A DNA stretch of 59,267 nucleotides, filler included, from Sphacelaria rigidula (Eukaryota), in NCBI GenBank assembly GCA_964200075.2. It is 9 parts of 9 records of this genome, joined end to end, with 100 filler letters (N's around TTAATTAATTAA, not from the genome) between each part and the next. Parts side by side here need not be neighbours in the genome. Positions count along the whole stretch, not along the records: positions 46,176 to 52,671 come from CAXNAA020019738.1; positions 52,772 to 59,267 come from CAXNAA020019739.1; 7 more parts are not named here. One strand, 5' to 3'. This document shows positions 48,827 to 59,267 of the stretch, piece after piece (position 1 is the stretch's first letter; the number at the start of each line of letters is the position of its first letter). Under the pieces are notes generated by a model. That model saw only the letters and a program-made list of their open reading frames with translations. It was not told the DNA's origin and did not search any database. The position numbers were made by a program, and so were the translations under genes.

Positions 48827-50544
48827 CACACTTTAACTGACCCCCCAGGGGTCCAGTCGTGTTCTCATGATAGACGTACCCAAGAAAAGCGAAACTGAAA
48901 CACGCTCTGAGGGAAGAAAAAAACAGGAACAGAAAAAAAAAAGAGAAAAAGAAAGAGGGGTCGAACAGAACGGCATAGCAGACCAAGACGTGACAGAAAA
49001 AAGTAATAAAAAGTCAACACAAGCAAAGCACAGAAATGGCCGACCTAAAGCAAGAGGAAAGTACAAAGGAAATACGTAAGAATACATTGAAACGATGGGA
49101 AAAAAAGAAAAGAAAAGAAGAGGCCCAAGGGATTCAGGGCAGCAGAGTAGATACAGACACACACCAGTGGGTACCGCAGAGCCACCGACTAAGGACATAA
49201 TCAACAACCGATATGAGAGGACAGGATTCTCCGATTGGCAGCCCTCGACGCAGCAGCCTCTCGCTTGTGACGGCGGTCTACGGCAACCGATGAACCCGCT
49301 CCCGATAAACATCCATAGTTGCACAGCAAAGAGATGCCACCTTGAATCGCTCGAGCGGAACGAATGCTACATCCCGACACCAGTCAGGCACTGAATATCT
49401 GAAAAGCGAAGTAGCACCCCTCCGCCCTTCCCTTCGTGCCGCGGTCCTCGTTCCATCGAACCTTGCCCATTGGACTTAGATCCGCTTTCCGCCGCTGAGC
49501 TTCGATACCCTCTTGGCTGTCCTCGAGGAGGCCCTGACTGTGCCCATCACACCGGCGGAAGGTAGCAGCGAGCAGCCGGTCGTGGCAAGAGAGGACGCCA
49601 GTGAGGACAGGGGTATACCCAGGGATGATGCTGTATCGTGTCTTGTACCAGGCGTGTCGACCAGCTTTGCTCGAGAGTTCAATTCTATCATGCGTCAGGC
49701 GAGTGCAAACCCCTTCTTTTTATTTTGCGTGTGTGCGTTGTTGTATGTTGTACCGTTCCTACCTGCCACATAAACCCTCGCCCCCGTCGCCACACGGCTC
49801 CTCCTCTCTACAGTGTGGTGGCAACAGTTCGGGGTATTTACTCGGTAGTATACGTCGAGTGAGTGAGCGCGAACATAGTCTCTACAATCACCCCGCTGTT
49901 GTGGGCATTGGTGGCATTGGTGGTTGATGTTCATGTCTGAAGTCTCAGGGTCGCATCATGTTGTTATTCCCGTGCCGCCCAACAGCGCCATATTCATCAC
50001 TTTCCGAGGGCGTATGCGGGGGGGCAACTTCACCACACGAACCATCGCAGACAACTCGAAGAATCAAATGAGTGAATCTCTCATCAAACCCTTCAAGCGT
50101 TCAAAACACTCACACAGACCAACCTATTTCTCTCCACCCCTCGGACAGACAAGGCCGGAGAGACAGGTAGCACATACATTGACATGAATCAACCATCGTT
50201 TCATGTTCACATTAACCCCGTTGCAATTTTTGCAGGTGTTATATGGCACTACCAGCACCACAAACACCACCCACTCTACTGTTGGCAGCAACAACACCGG
50301 CGGTGGCGGAGCAGTTCGATTACGGACAAGCGGAAGCAATGCCGGGGCTGCTACCGCTGACCTTCGAGCGCTAGCTGCATCGGGCAGGAGTGTGGATTGG
50401 TTTTTTAAATTGGCATCCACAGCGATCTCCCTTTTGAGGGAGGGCCAAGACCGAGGCTTGACGCGCGCCGCATTCGTCAGGGCCGGGGAGATGCTGGAGC
50501 CTGACTCCCATACCCAGGCGTTGCGGAGTGTATCGGTTACGCAG
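46624..50544 (+). CDS. ORC4: Origin recognition complex subunit 4, partial multi-exon gene
   Basis: Exons 46624-46739, 47101-47239, 47817-47915, 49480-49698 and 50236-50544 splice in frame: VYLNGLAQTDD; PVVFVLDHFEQFSTRKPQTLLYALLDLCQ; AVVGLS..LDAAEKRIKSRFSFRQI. These match recalled ORC4 signatures (LNGLLQ.D, FILDEFDLF...QTLLYNLFD, LEKRVKSRFSHRQI). Confidence 0.88.
48210..48462 (+). repeat. Dispersed repeat containing a B-box-like GTTCGAATCC and T-tract; second copy ~56330-56590
   Basis: ATTGGGCCATG-ATTC, AGTTCGAATCC, TTATGCAGTACATTT, TTCAGCGGC and CACTTCACAG-GAT..CTTACATC-GGTT..TCGGGAAACT are shared. Confidence 0.65.
48792..48970 (-). repeat. Intronic retroposon-like repeat with (AATC)n tail
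   Basis: (GATT)8 followed by the family core; inverse of 50670-50830. Confidence 0.8.
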
Positions 50545-50669
50545 GTTGAGTATATTAGTTGACCTGTTGTTTTGTCGTGAACAGGTGTTCCTCGGGAGGG
50601 GTTTGGAGTTTGGGTTAGCAGGTTCGTTTCCGCACCATGGGTCAAGCTTTGCATTTATTCCAAAGTAGG

Positions 50670-50830
50670 TCTGTTCGACCCCTCTTCTTTTTTTTTTTCT
50701 GTTCCTTTTTTTTTTGTTTCACCTCGGGAGCGTGTTTCCAGTTTCGTTTTGTTGGGTACGTACGTCTATCATGACACCACGGCTGGACCCCTGGGGGGTC
50801 ATTTAAAGTGCGACAATCAATCAATCAATC
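50670..50830 (+). repeat. Intronic retroposon-like repeat with (AATC)n tail
   Basis: Family core then CAATCAATCAATCAATC; reverse complement of 48792-48970. Confidence 0.8.
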
Positions 50831-50914
50831 AGGTCTATGTGTTTCGTAGCGTGAGTTTGTAGTTCCTGTCTGGAGAAACCTGTTTTTTTTCTCTTTGACT
50901 TTCATCGGAGTTTA

Positions 50915-52560
50915 TTGCCTATTTTCAGTAAGATGTGCATATCCTGGACAATAGGCGACATCCATTGCGATAGCAATAGAATCTGCTGCAGCAGATGCCA
51001 CTATTGTCGTCCGTGATGGCCGTCGATCGGCAAGTTTCTCTTTCTGTTGCCGTCGGTAATGTCTATCGACATACCAGTCTCCCACACTCTTGTTTGGGCA
51101 GCAGTCTGCTGTAGCCCTACACCGAAATCTATTGCGGCCGACCAAATGCATCGATCGATAGCTTTCCAACTCTATGGATGACGACAATGACTATCGATAG
51201 ACCGCGTGCCAAATCTATTGATAACGACGATGGTTATTGACAGATTGTATACCGAATCTATTGATGACGGCAAGAGCTATTTATAGGCTGCGTATTAATC
51301 TATGCGTGGCGGCAAAAAATATAGATACATATCAGAATATACTGTGGTTTACAATGCCTACCGATAGGTTTTCCCTGTCGTCTAATGCCGCACCTACATC
51401 GCAACATACTACTTGTAGAGCATATTATACTCCATTAAGGTGCGGTAGAGAAGCCGCAGGTGGACATGCAGTGGGTATATCATGATACTACTCGTGAATA
51501 TATGGCGTCACGTTTATACAATTTTGGAACGCTTGTATTTGTAGCCATCCGCGATATGTGTGGACAAAAGTTTACAGCTTTCGTTGTTGGTGTGTAGTTG
51601 GTACTCATGGTCGTCCCTCTGATGCACATGAGCGCTTACAGTACTTTTGTGTGCGTGAGATGTGCTTATACCCTGGACAATGGACTATGTAATAGAACAT
51701 TGGCGCTCTCAATAGCCCCAAAAATTTGACTGTCAATGTTCATTGTCAGTCAAAATCGACTGGGATCAAATTTCTATCGATAGCTCTTGTAGGCGACAAT
51801 ATATTCGGGACAAGGGACAGAGTGTATCATTGCCGTGACAATGAAGGGACCAAGTTGTCTATCGATACAATGTATTTGTTGCAATGGGCTCTGAATTGTG
51901 GCCACCAATGTTTATTGCTAATCACAATAGGATCTGCCACGCGGTCACCAATACATGTTGTTAGTCACAATAGGGTCTGCCACGCGGCAACCAATGTCTA
52001 CCGCTGGTCACAATGTAATCTGAATCGCGGCCACTCATATCTATTGCTCACCACAAAAATAGCTGAATGGCGTCGATCACTAGCGCCATGTATTTACATA
52101 TTTCTATGTATGTTTCGACCTTATTCCACAGAAGCTATGGCTAGCTATCGCCCCAGTTCGTTGCGTGTTTATGTGTAGGGGGTATTGCCGTGATGTCACA
52201 AGACCACTGCAGTGAGCAATCTATTGATAGGTGCTCCCGAGAACAATCGATTGTTGACGGCAATGCCCATATTGGTAGATACCAAAAAGTGCATTTTTGG
52301 AGGCAGAGGCTACCGATAGATGGCTCGCCTAATCTTCTGATGAGGGCAGTGACTGTCGATGGATGACTCACCAAACCTATTGATAACGGCAATGACTATG
52401 GGTGGATGGCTCCCCAAACCTATTGATTACGGCAATGGTTATCAATATATACATTCCAGAATCTATTGCGGTACACGATGTCCATCGATGGCGAGTGATA
52501 TTCATCTGTTGTAATTGTCATAGACTACTGATCGACTACTGCAACAGCTATTGGCCCTTG
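50915..52560. repeat. Degenerate repeat region rich in TCTAT(C/T)GATAG-like palindromic motifs
   Basis: Many TCTATTG / CTATCGATAG / CAATAG motifs are followed by ACGGCAATG-like units; no credible ORF. Confidence 0.55.
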
Positions 52561-54693
52561 CAATACATGCAGTAGTCAGACTCAGAAGTATGCAGAATCT
52601 GTAATTTCTTAGTTTCTCAAAGATTGTCCAAAATGTTTTTGCTTGCCACCACTCCTCACAATGACTGTTGGNNNNNNNNNNNNNNNNNNNNNNNNNNNNN
52701 NNNNNNNNNNNNNNNTTAATTAATTAANNNNNNNNNNNNNNNNNNNNNNNNNNNNNNNNNNNNNNNNNNNNGCCGTGGCAATGTTGTGGCTGGCTTGCAC
52801 AAAGGTGGGCGCGGGAGGGATGGTGGGGTGGGGGGGGGGGGGGGGTGCTCCGGGTACTCTGAATACTGCGTATTTTTGTGAGTTTACCGATCACGACACC
52901 GAGTTTTTTACAGGGGTGTACTTCGGGTATTCTGGGACCCTTCACATTTTTGGTAAGCTGAGCTCCGGGTATACTCCGGAATATTTCGTATTTGGGCGGT
53001 GGCTACCGCACCCCATCAATCAGTTTTGTCGCATGTCCATGATATGAACATTGAGTTCTTTTTTTAATAAAAAAATTTAGCGTGTTAATTCATATAATTC
53101 ATGTATTTTATACTTGAAAGTAAGTGAAGTTTTTATATGCGGTTCACGTTCACGATAAAGTCTGCTGAAGTTTCTGGCGACGGGGGTATCGAACTTCAAT
53201 TTATTTAGTTTCTATTTGGGATATGATTCTATTGATAGTGACTTGATAGAAACGTCGGGTCCTTGAGATTCTTCCATCTTGTTATGAAATCCATTTTTTT
53301 TAGATAACACTTGTAAATAAAGCATGTACGAAAATGAACGATTCTTTTTAATTTGAATCGATGAAAAGAATATGTATCCCTGATCTACTACTATAAACAG
53401 CAACATATCTAAGCACCATCATGCCCAATACTCTTAACGGATACAGATGCATGGAAGAAATCACACAAACAACAATATCGGCACTACGTACCCGAATCAC
53501 AAAAAACCCATGTTTTAGTAGTCATGTTTTTTATTGATGGAACTACGTGTATTCACGCGTGGCAAATAAGTGCTTTAGAATGGTGGCGTTTGAGCCTGAT
53601 CCGTCATGTCGTAAAAGCTATTTCACGCAAAGCCGAACGAGAATATTTTCAGCTTCATGCCGGTATGGCTGAAGTTTCGTGTACCGCACACGTCATAAAT
53701 CCATCTCTATAGGTATCCACGGTACTGTACTTATCAGCTATCCAGTATTTCGTACCACCCCGATAAACTCTGTATTTCGGGAGTCCATACTGAACAAAGT
53801 TTTCGTGAGATTGAGTAGAGCGTTGGTTGAGAGTGGGTTTCGTTATTCGCTTCAACTTGACCATTTCTTCATTCTGTGTGTGCTTGTCTTTGGCTGTGAC
53901 ACTGCGGTGTGCTCACAGCTAGACGTCAATATCCTACTCGGGTATATCAAGGGCTCCAATGTCAAGCTACTACAGGAAGCATATCGGGCCTCATGGAGGG
54001 GCATTCCGGAACTGAAGCTGTTCACTCATTAATTGACCGCTTCTGACTCTCAATCGTATCCTCTACTCTCAATCTCACGGAAACATTGCTACTGCAGGTA
54101 CCCTGTAACGCCGAGTAGTTCGGGGTGTGATCCTTCTGACACTCTGCAACAGCCGATCTTTTCGGCAGTCGGTACTCCGGGTACTCTGGAACACCCGGTA
54201 TTTTCTGCAGTCGGTGCTCCTCCAGGTGCCCGGGGTATTCAGGATCTCACTGTTTCAGGATCTTACTGAGGGCACCGAATGTGATACCGAGTTTGGGCAA
54301 TACCCTCGTCAGACGTCCCCTACCGCAGTTGTTTGATGTTCAATCTCACCTTACAGCAGCACAGCAATGGCACAGGGGTGCCCAGTGATGTCCGCTGTTA
54401 CCTGATTTCCGTGTGTGTGTTTTTGGTCTTATCCGTCCCCACCCCGAGAACGCCTCGATATGCCGGTTTAGAGAAAATAATACATTCCTCCTCAACAAAC
54501 ACTTTTCGCCGCCTATGAAGCAGACCCTTGAAAAAAATAGCCGGTCCAACACTGGTCCGTACAAGGCTAGAAAAGAGAGGGGAAACTGATGATACCTATT
54601 CAGAACCGTCACCCGGCTTTTCTTTGGAGTTTTGTGCATGGTGTGGGATCACGACTCGCAGCACGAGCAGGCCGCGCCTTAACCCAAAACGCG

Positions 54694-54770
54694 ACAACAA
54701 CAACAACAACAACTACAACTACAACAACAACAACAACTACTACAACTACAACTACAACTACAACAACACA
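54694..54770. repeat. (ACA/ACT)n trinucleotide microsatellite
   Basis: ACAACAACA...ACTACAACT tract; it explains the poly-T/N/V/C ORFs in the track. Confidence 0.95.
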
Positions 54771-57700
54771 TGATCTGAGTCTGCACGATTTTCGCTTTCG
54801 GCAGATCTTGCTCCACACAGAAAAATGGCCAGAGAAATGAGCGATCGGTAACTCGACCCAGCAAGGTTTTACAGGATGTAGCTCACGTTACTAGTAGACG
54901 GGTTATTGCCGTAGTTGACGTTCCAGGGGCTCATGTGAATGTAGCGGCTTCTTGCTCTACGGCCGCGTTTGATCTAAAGATCACCTTTTCTCAGCTACAT
55001 GGAGAGCCTTGGTTCACAGAGCTCGGCTCGGGAGGGTGTGAGCAATACCAAGATGGACGACATTTCGCATAAAAACGGGCATATTTGCGCACCGTTTGCA
55101 TATTTTTACCGCGTCATATCTACAATGAACACTGGCGCTCAATCAGTTGTTCTTGGATCGAGCCCCAGAAGGCACACAGTGCTCAGTCAACCAAGAGCTA
55201 CGTTTTGGTGTGCATGTTGCAGCATCGCGAGCAGTAAAGCTCGTAAGGCGTAGGTGCGTGCTGTGTGCTGTGTGCTGTGTACATTGCAGCTTAGTTTTTA
55301 GCTTTTCACCACACCACCTGGTCGCTGCGAAAGCGCCATCGTCTGGTTTATATTCCTATTTGCCTGTCCGTACGTTACTTTGGAACCTTGGAAACGGTCC
55401 CTACCCTTCTGATCGGTTGGAAGAAACGACAGCCGACAACACATCAAGCACGGGTCTGCCGATGAAAATATACGTTCAGTCAGTGAGAACATTGAGTCCT
55501 GAAGTGGTGTCAACCCCCTTTGACTGTGACCCCTCCTGTACATGGACCAAGGTGGAATATGATCAAGATGGCTTCAGAACTGTCACTTTCCAAGCGACAA
55601 AATACTCATCTTGACATTAGCTGGTGAACGATGACTATCCGTTTGGAAATTCCTTAGAAGCACCCTCGACCTGTTCTGAGCCAGTAGGTGGACTTTGTGG
55701 CAGTTTTTGCCTGGCCAGTTTGGTGGGGAGGATGTTTTCATGCTTCCTTTGCAGGGGATGCACGCTGGATACAAAGAGTGCTGCGGTGTACGCAAACAGG
55801 AACTCTGCCTATGCCCTCGCAGCATTGGTGCTTTCGGGGCAGTGCTAGCACACCTAGAGCATTTCCGTATTTGTCAAATGGCACGCCATACATTGTTCCA
55901 ATATTCCGTTTTGCACTGTCCGTACTGCTGCTGTAGACTGTATGAGGACTGCTCTCATCAGCGGCTAGATGCAACAGTACAAGGCAATGAGTGGATAATA
56001 ACTCTCCACGGCGTACAGTTTGCGCTTTTTTTTATTTTTCCCTACCAGCTGGGCCAGCTCAAATAATGTTTTGGCGCTTCACCAGCTGCGTTTTCAAGAG
56101 GTAGAAACTGAAATTATGGAAATTTCGACAGAAGATTTATATCATCAAGGCGCAAAAACTATTGCAGTAGCCAAGTAAGAAAACAAAAACAGCAAATTAG
56201 AGCCAGTTTTAAAATTATGAAGGAATATAAAATTGTCATAACTCAACGAGTATATATATATATATATATTTCTCAACCGGCATATGTTTCTGCGTATTGT
56301 CGCGTAGAGCGTGTGTGCTAAAAACTCCTCAGATTGGGCCATGTATTCCAGTTTTTGTGTGACACGATTGCACCCCGTTGTCTACCTGGTACAATAATAT
56401 CCTTCCTACGGGCCGAACGTCGCCAGTTCGAATCCCGATATGTACTCTTTTTTTTGCAGAATCTGGATCCGTCGTTGAGGTCATGTATTATGCAGTACAT
56501 TTGTTCGTTTTTTTCAGCGGCAGAGCGTTCATCAGCAGTTGGTCTTCACTTCACAGCGATGTACTTACATCAGGTTAGTTCGGGAAACTCCAAAAGCTAT
56601 CGTATGCTAGAGAAATGTGAGCCTTTAGGCTGGCCCAGCTCGTACTGTACCACCATAATGTGCAACAGCGATCTTGCCAACAACAACAGGGAGCAGACTG
56701 GTGAAGGCTGCGTAAAGACTCGTTGAATGGTTGAGTAATCGTTACGGTTCGGGTTCACGGAGGCTTGACTGCAAGGGAGGCCGATATAGTCCATCTGCAC
56801 GGGGGGGGAATGGACTACGTAGCCAACCACAGCCCTCAAGATGGTCACACGCGCCAAACACTCCCCATCAGACCGATTGCCTGACCTACGAATCTCCTGG
56901 AAACAAGAATGATGGTTGATATGAGAAGTTATCCAAAACTTTCTGGGAATCCGCCCCCTCCTTCCCTCAAAAAGGGACCCCCCCCTTTGGAAACTCTTGG
57001 ATACCCTTGGACGGTCAGGAGGAAAACTTGCTGCTAGACGACGCTTTCAGTCAGAGAGGTTAACCCTTTGACGGCAAAGATCATGGAATTTTCACCGCAT
57101 TTGGGACATTCCTTCATTAAAATCGATGGTATAGGATGCCTCGCGTAGAACATACTGCTCGCCGTCAAATGGCCACAACCTGACCTTGGGTACGATCGAC
57201 ACACACCTACCAAAAGGCCTGCCGTGATGCCCTCTCGACTAGTTAATTCGCTTTCGGTGTCAAACCAAAGTCCTCATTTTGAATTGTTGCGAGTCTAATT
57301 AGGCGTACAGGAAATGCGATAGAAAAAACATACCCGAGGTAAGACGTGTTCTCGGGAAACCGTTGACGAACGCCTTTTTTTTACACAACAAGTACAGGTT
57401 TCGACACGGCAGGTTCCGTCGCACCAAATAAGATGAAGACCGCATGTGTACCAAGCTTCTCGGCATCCGCGGCCAACTTGCTAATCTGACAGTCCCGCCG
57501 ATTCTTCGAGGATGGCAATGGTGGAGGTGCAAATGTCCGCTAGTTGGCCGTCCTAGCGTTGGACAAATTTTCTCTCCCGTCATAGTGTTGACCCATAGGA
57601 TTCCATCCGATCATGGTAGAGAGGTGGTGTTGGTGTTTCGGTTGGCCGTGTCTACCGAAGGCTCAGCAGCAAACAGCCACTGATGAAAACATGGGGATAT

Positions 57701-59267
57701 GGGAAGGACAAGCTCATCCCTGCGGTTCCATGCGTGTTGCTTTTGTTTGTGTCAAGGTGTGTTCGTCCTGGTTACTTAGCTGTTGGGGGGCCTGGCTTCT
57801 TTGACTACTTTTGCACCTAAGGCCGTGTCTTCTTGGGACAAAACGATCAGGATCAGCAGGGGGCTACGGGGAAAAGATTTCGGAACACGTAAGCCCCAAG
57901 ATCGAAAAATTGAGTTTTCGAGGAGAGGGGGGGGGCACCCGGCTTGCTGTCCCCTAGTTTATTGTCAAGGCGCTGGCGGATGCGGTCAGCTGCCGTGTAC
58001 AGAGATCCTTGGCATGCATACCGCTGAGATGGCGGACATGCCGCCCTCCCCAAGCTTATCCCTTACCAGATTACATTTATGGGATCATGTACCGTGTTGT
58101 ATGCCTCGAGTACCTACCAGTAGTCTAGGCAAGCTTGGTAAGGGGTGAGATGTAGTTGCTACTTTGGCTACAGGCTGTCGCTACCGTGCGCTCGTGTACA
58201 TACATGTGCGTGTGCGTAGCCGGCATCTGACGTCATCGGGACAGAGCAGGCAAGGAGCAGAAGCACATATACAAACGCCGCAAAGCCCACCAGATTTTTC
58301 GGGTTTTTTCAGTGTTTATTGGTCAATTCCTTGCAAGAATATTCAAAAAATAAAAATGAAAAAATCACGACAGTTTCCGAAAGATGCCCTCCGGGAGGGG
58401 CGGGGGGGGGGGGGGGGGGGGGGGGGCTCCGTGTCCGAAAATCTTCTCCTCGTACCCCCCTGGAATCGAAAATCTTTTGAGAACGTGATTTGTTTTTACA
58501 ACGACCAGTGTTGAGCCTTACCGAGAACACACATTTCCTTGGACTGGATATAGGTCCGAACATCTCTGGACATCTGAACAAGACTACCGTGACCTCTGAA
58601 CATCTGAACCTGACAGCACGAGGACAAGTGACTGAAAGAAGTCACATGGGCACAACGGGGCCGAAACAACTGCACCCAGGCACCCGCCACCCAAGTGCAT
58701 CATATCTGGTGCTAACTCCTGTTTGTCTACACACAGTGGTCTTTGTCCCACGTCAATCCATTCAGTAAGAATAAGGGGCGGACATGTGCATCCTAAAAAA
58801 GTGATCGAAACGCGCACTCGTTGACCCTGTCTCGATCGGTGTTTTTGTTTGGAGGATCTGACGCAAATCATCAAATGTCTTTCAAATTAAAACAGATGCA
58901 CCCCAAACCGAGTACTGTGTACCCAGCTAATCACCAGGTACAGGTAAAACCGTGCCCTGTTTAGTCGCGGACAGTGTGCCAAGGAGCATATACGAGGTAA
59001 AGCCTTGGGTGTGTATCACGTCTCTGCATGTGCCACCCTGTGGTCGCCATGCATGATTCTCTACATGCTGATAGTTTCTCGAATAGCGCAAACGCGGCTT
59101 TCAGGTGTTAGAAAGTCCCAAAAAGGACGATTCTGAAATCAGTATCACTGGGGACAAACAAGAGTCATCCTGATTTGGGGGGGGGGGGGGGGGGGGGGAA
59201 CTTTTTTTTTTTTCCTTTTGTTTTTTTACCCAACCAACAAGACCCCGCTTGGGGCGGGCGCCGGGGG

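Noticed and set aside
54528..54864. Poly-Thr/Asn/Val/Cys ORFs
   Set aside because: Translations of the (ACA/ACT)n microsatellite.
55147..56066. Cys-rich ORFs as a possible zinc-finger gene
   Set aside because: In-frame stops, no convincing RING/PHD spacing and no supported exon chain.
1..59267. Apparent clustering of ORC4, ARM protein, membrane protein and retroelements as one system
   Set aside because: They lie on separate size-sorted contigs, so no linkage can be inferred.
59177..59267. G/C homopolymer runs at contig ends (also 16-48, 19617-19691, 26229-26287) as G-quadruplex elements
   Set aside because: They coincide with assembly breakpoints, where base calls and run lengths are unreliable.

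Overview
This window is not one locus. It is nine unrelated eukaryotic contigs of 6496-6497 bp (1-6497, 6598-13094, 13195-19691, 19792-26287, 26388-32883, 32984-39479, 39580-46075, 46176-52671, 52772-59267). They are joined by an artificial 100-nt N-TTAATTAATTAA-N linker, so adjacency across linkers is meaningless. Gene style and gene families suggest a brown alga or related stramenopile (inference). Three partial intron-rich host genes can be spliced by hand: a Cys-rich multi-pass membrane protein (contig 1), a Vac8-like armadillo-repeat protein (contig 3) and ORC4 (contig 8, with a GC-AG intron and an altered Walker B). The rest is mostly transposon debris: two related decayed Ty3/gypsy elements, a Ty1/copia element lacking its integrase core, two LINE fragments interrupted by LTR elements, piggyBac-, Harbinger- and CMC-like MITEs, probable Helitron ends and a ~1.1 kb inverted repeat pair. 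The most interesting signal is in the two diverged gypsy elements. Neither has a TGG-type tRNA primer-binding site. Each carries a perfect palindrome overlapping the 5' LTR end (AATATCGATATT and AATATCTAGATATT) plus equivalent U5 hairpins, and the one retained RT has a WVDD motif. This hints at a non-tRNA priming or dimerisation mechanism. All calls are by eye and no database searches were run.
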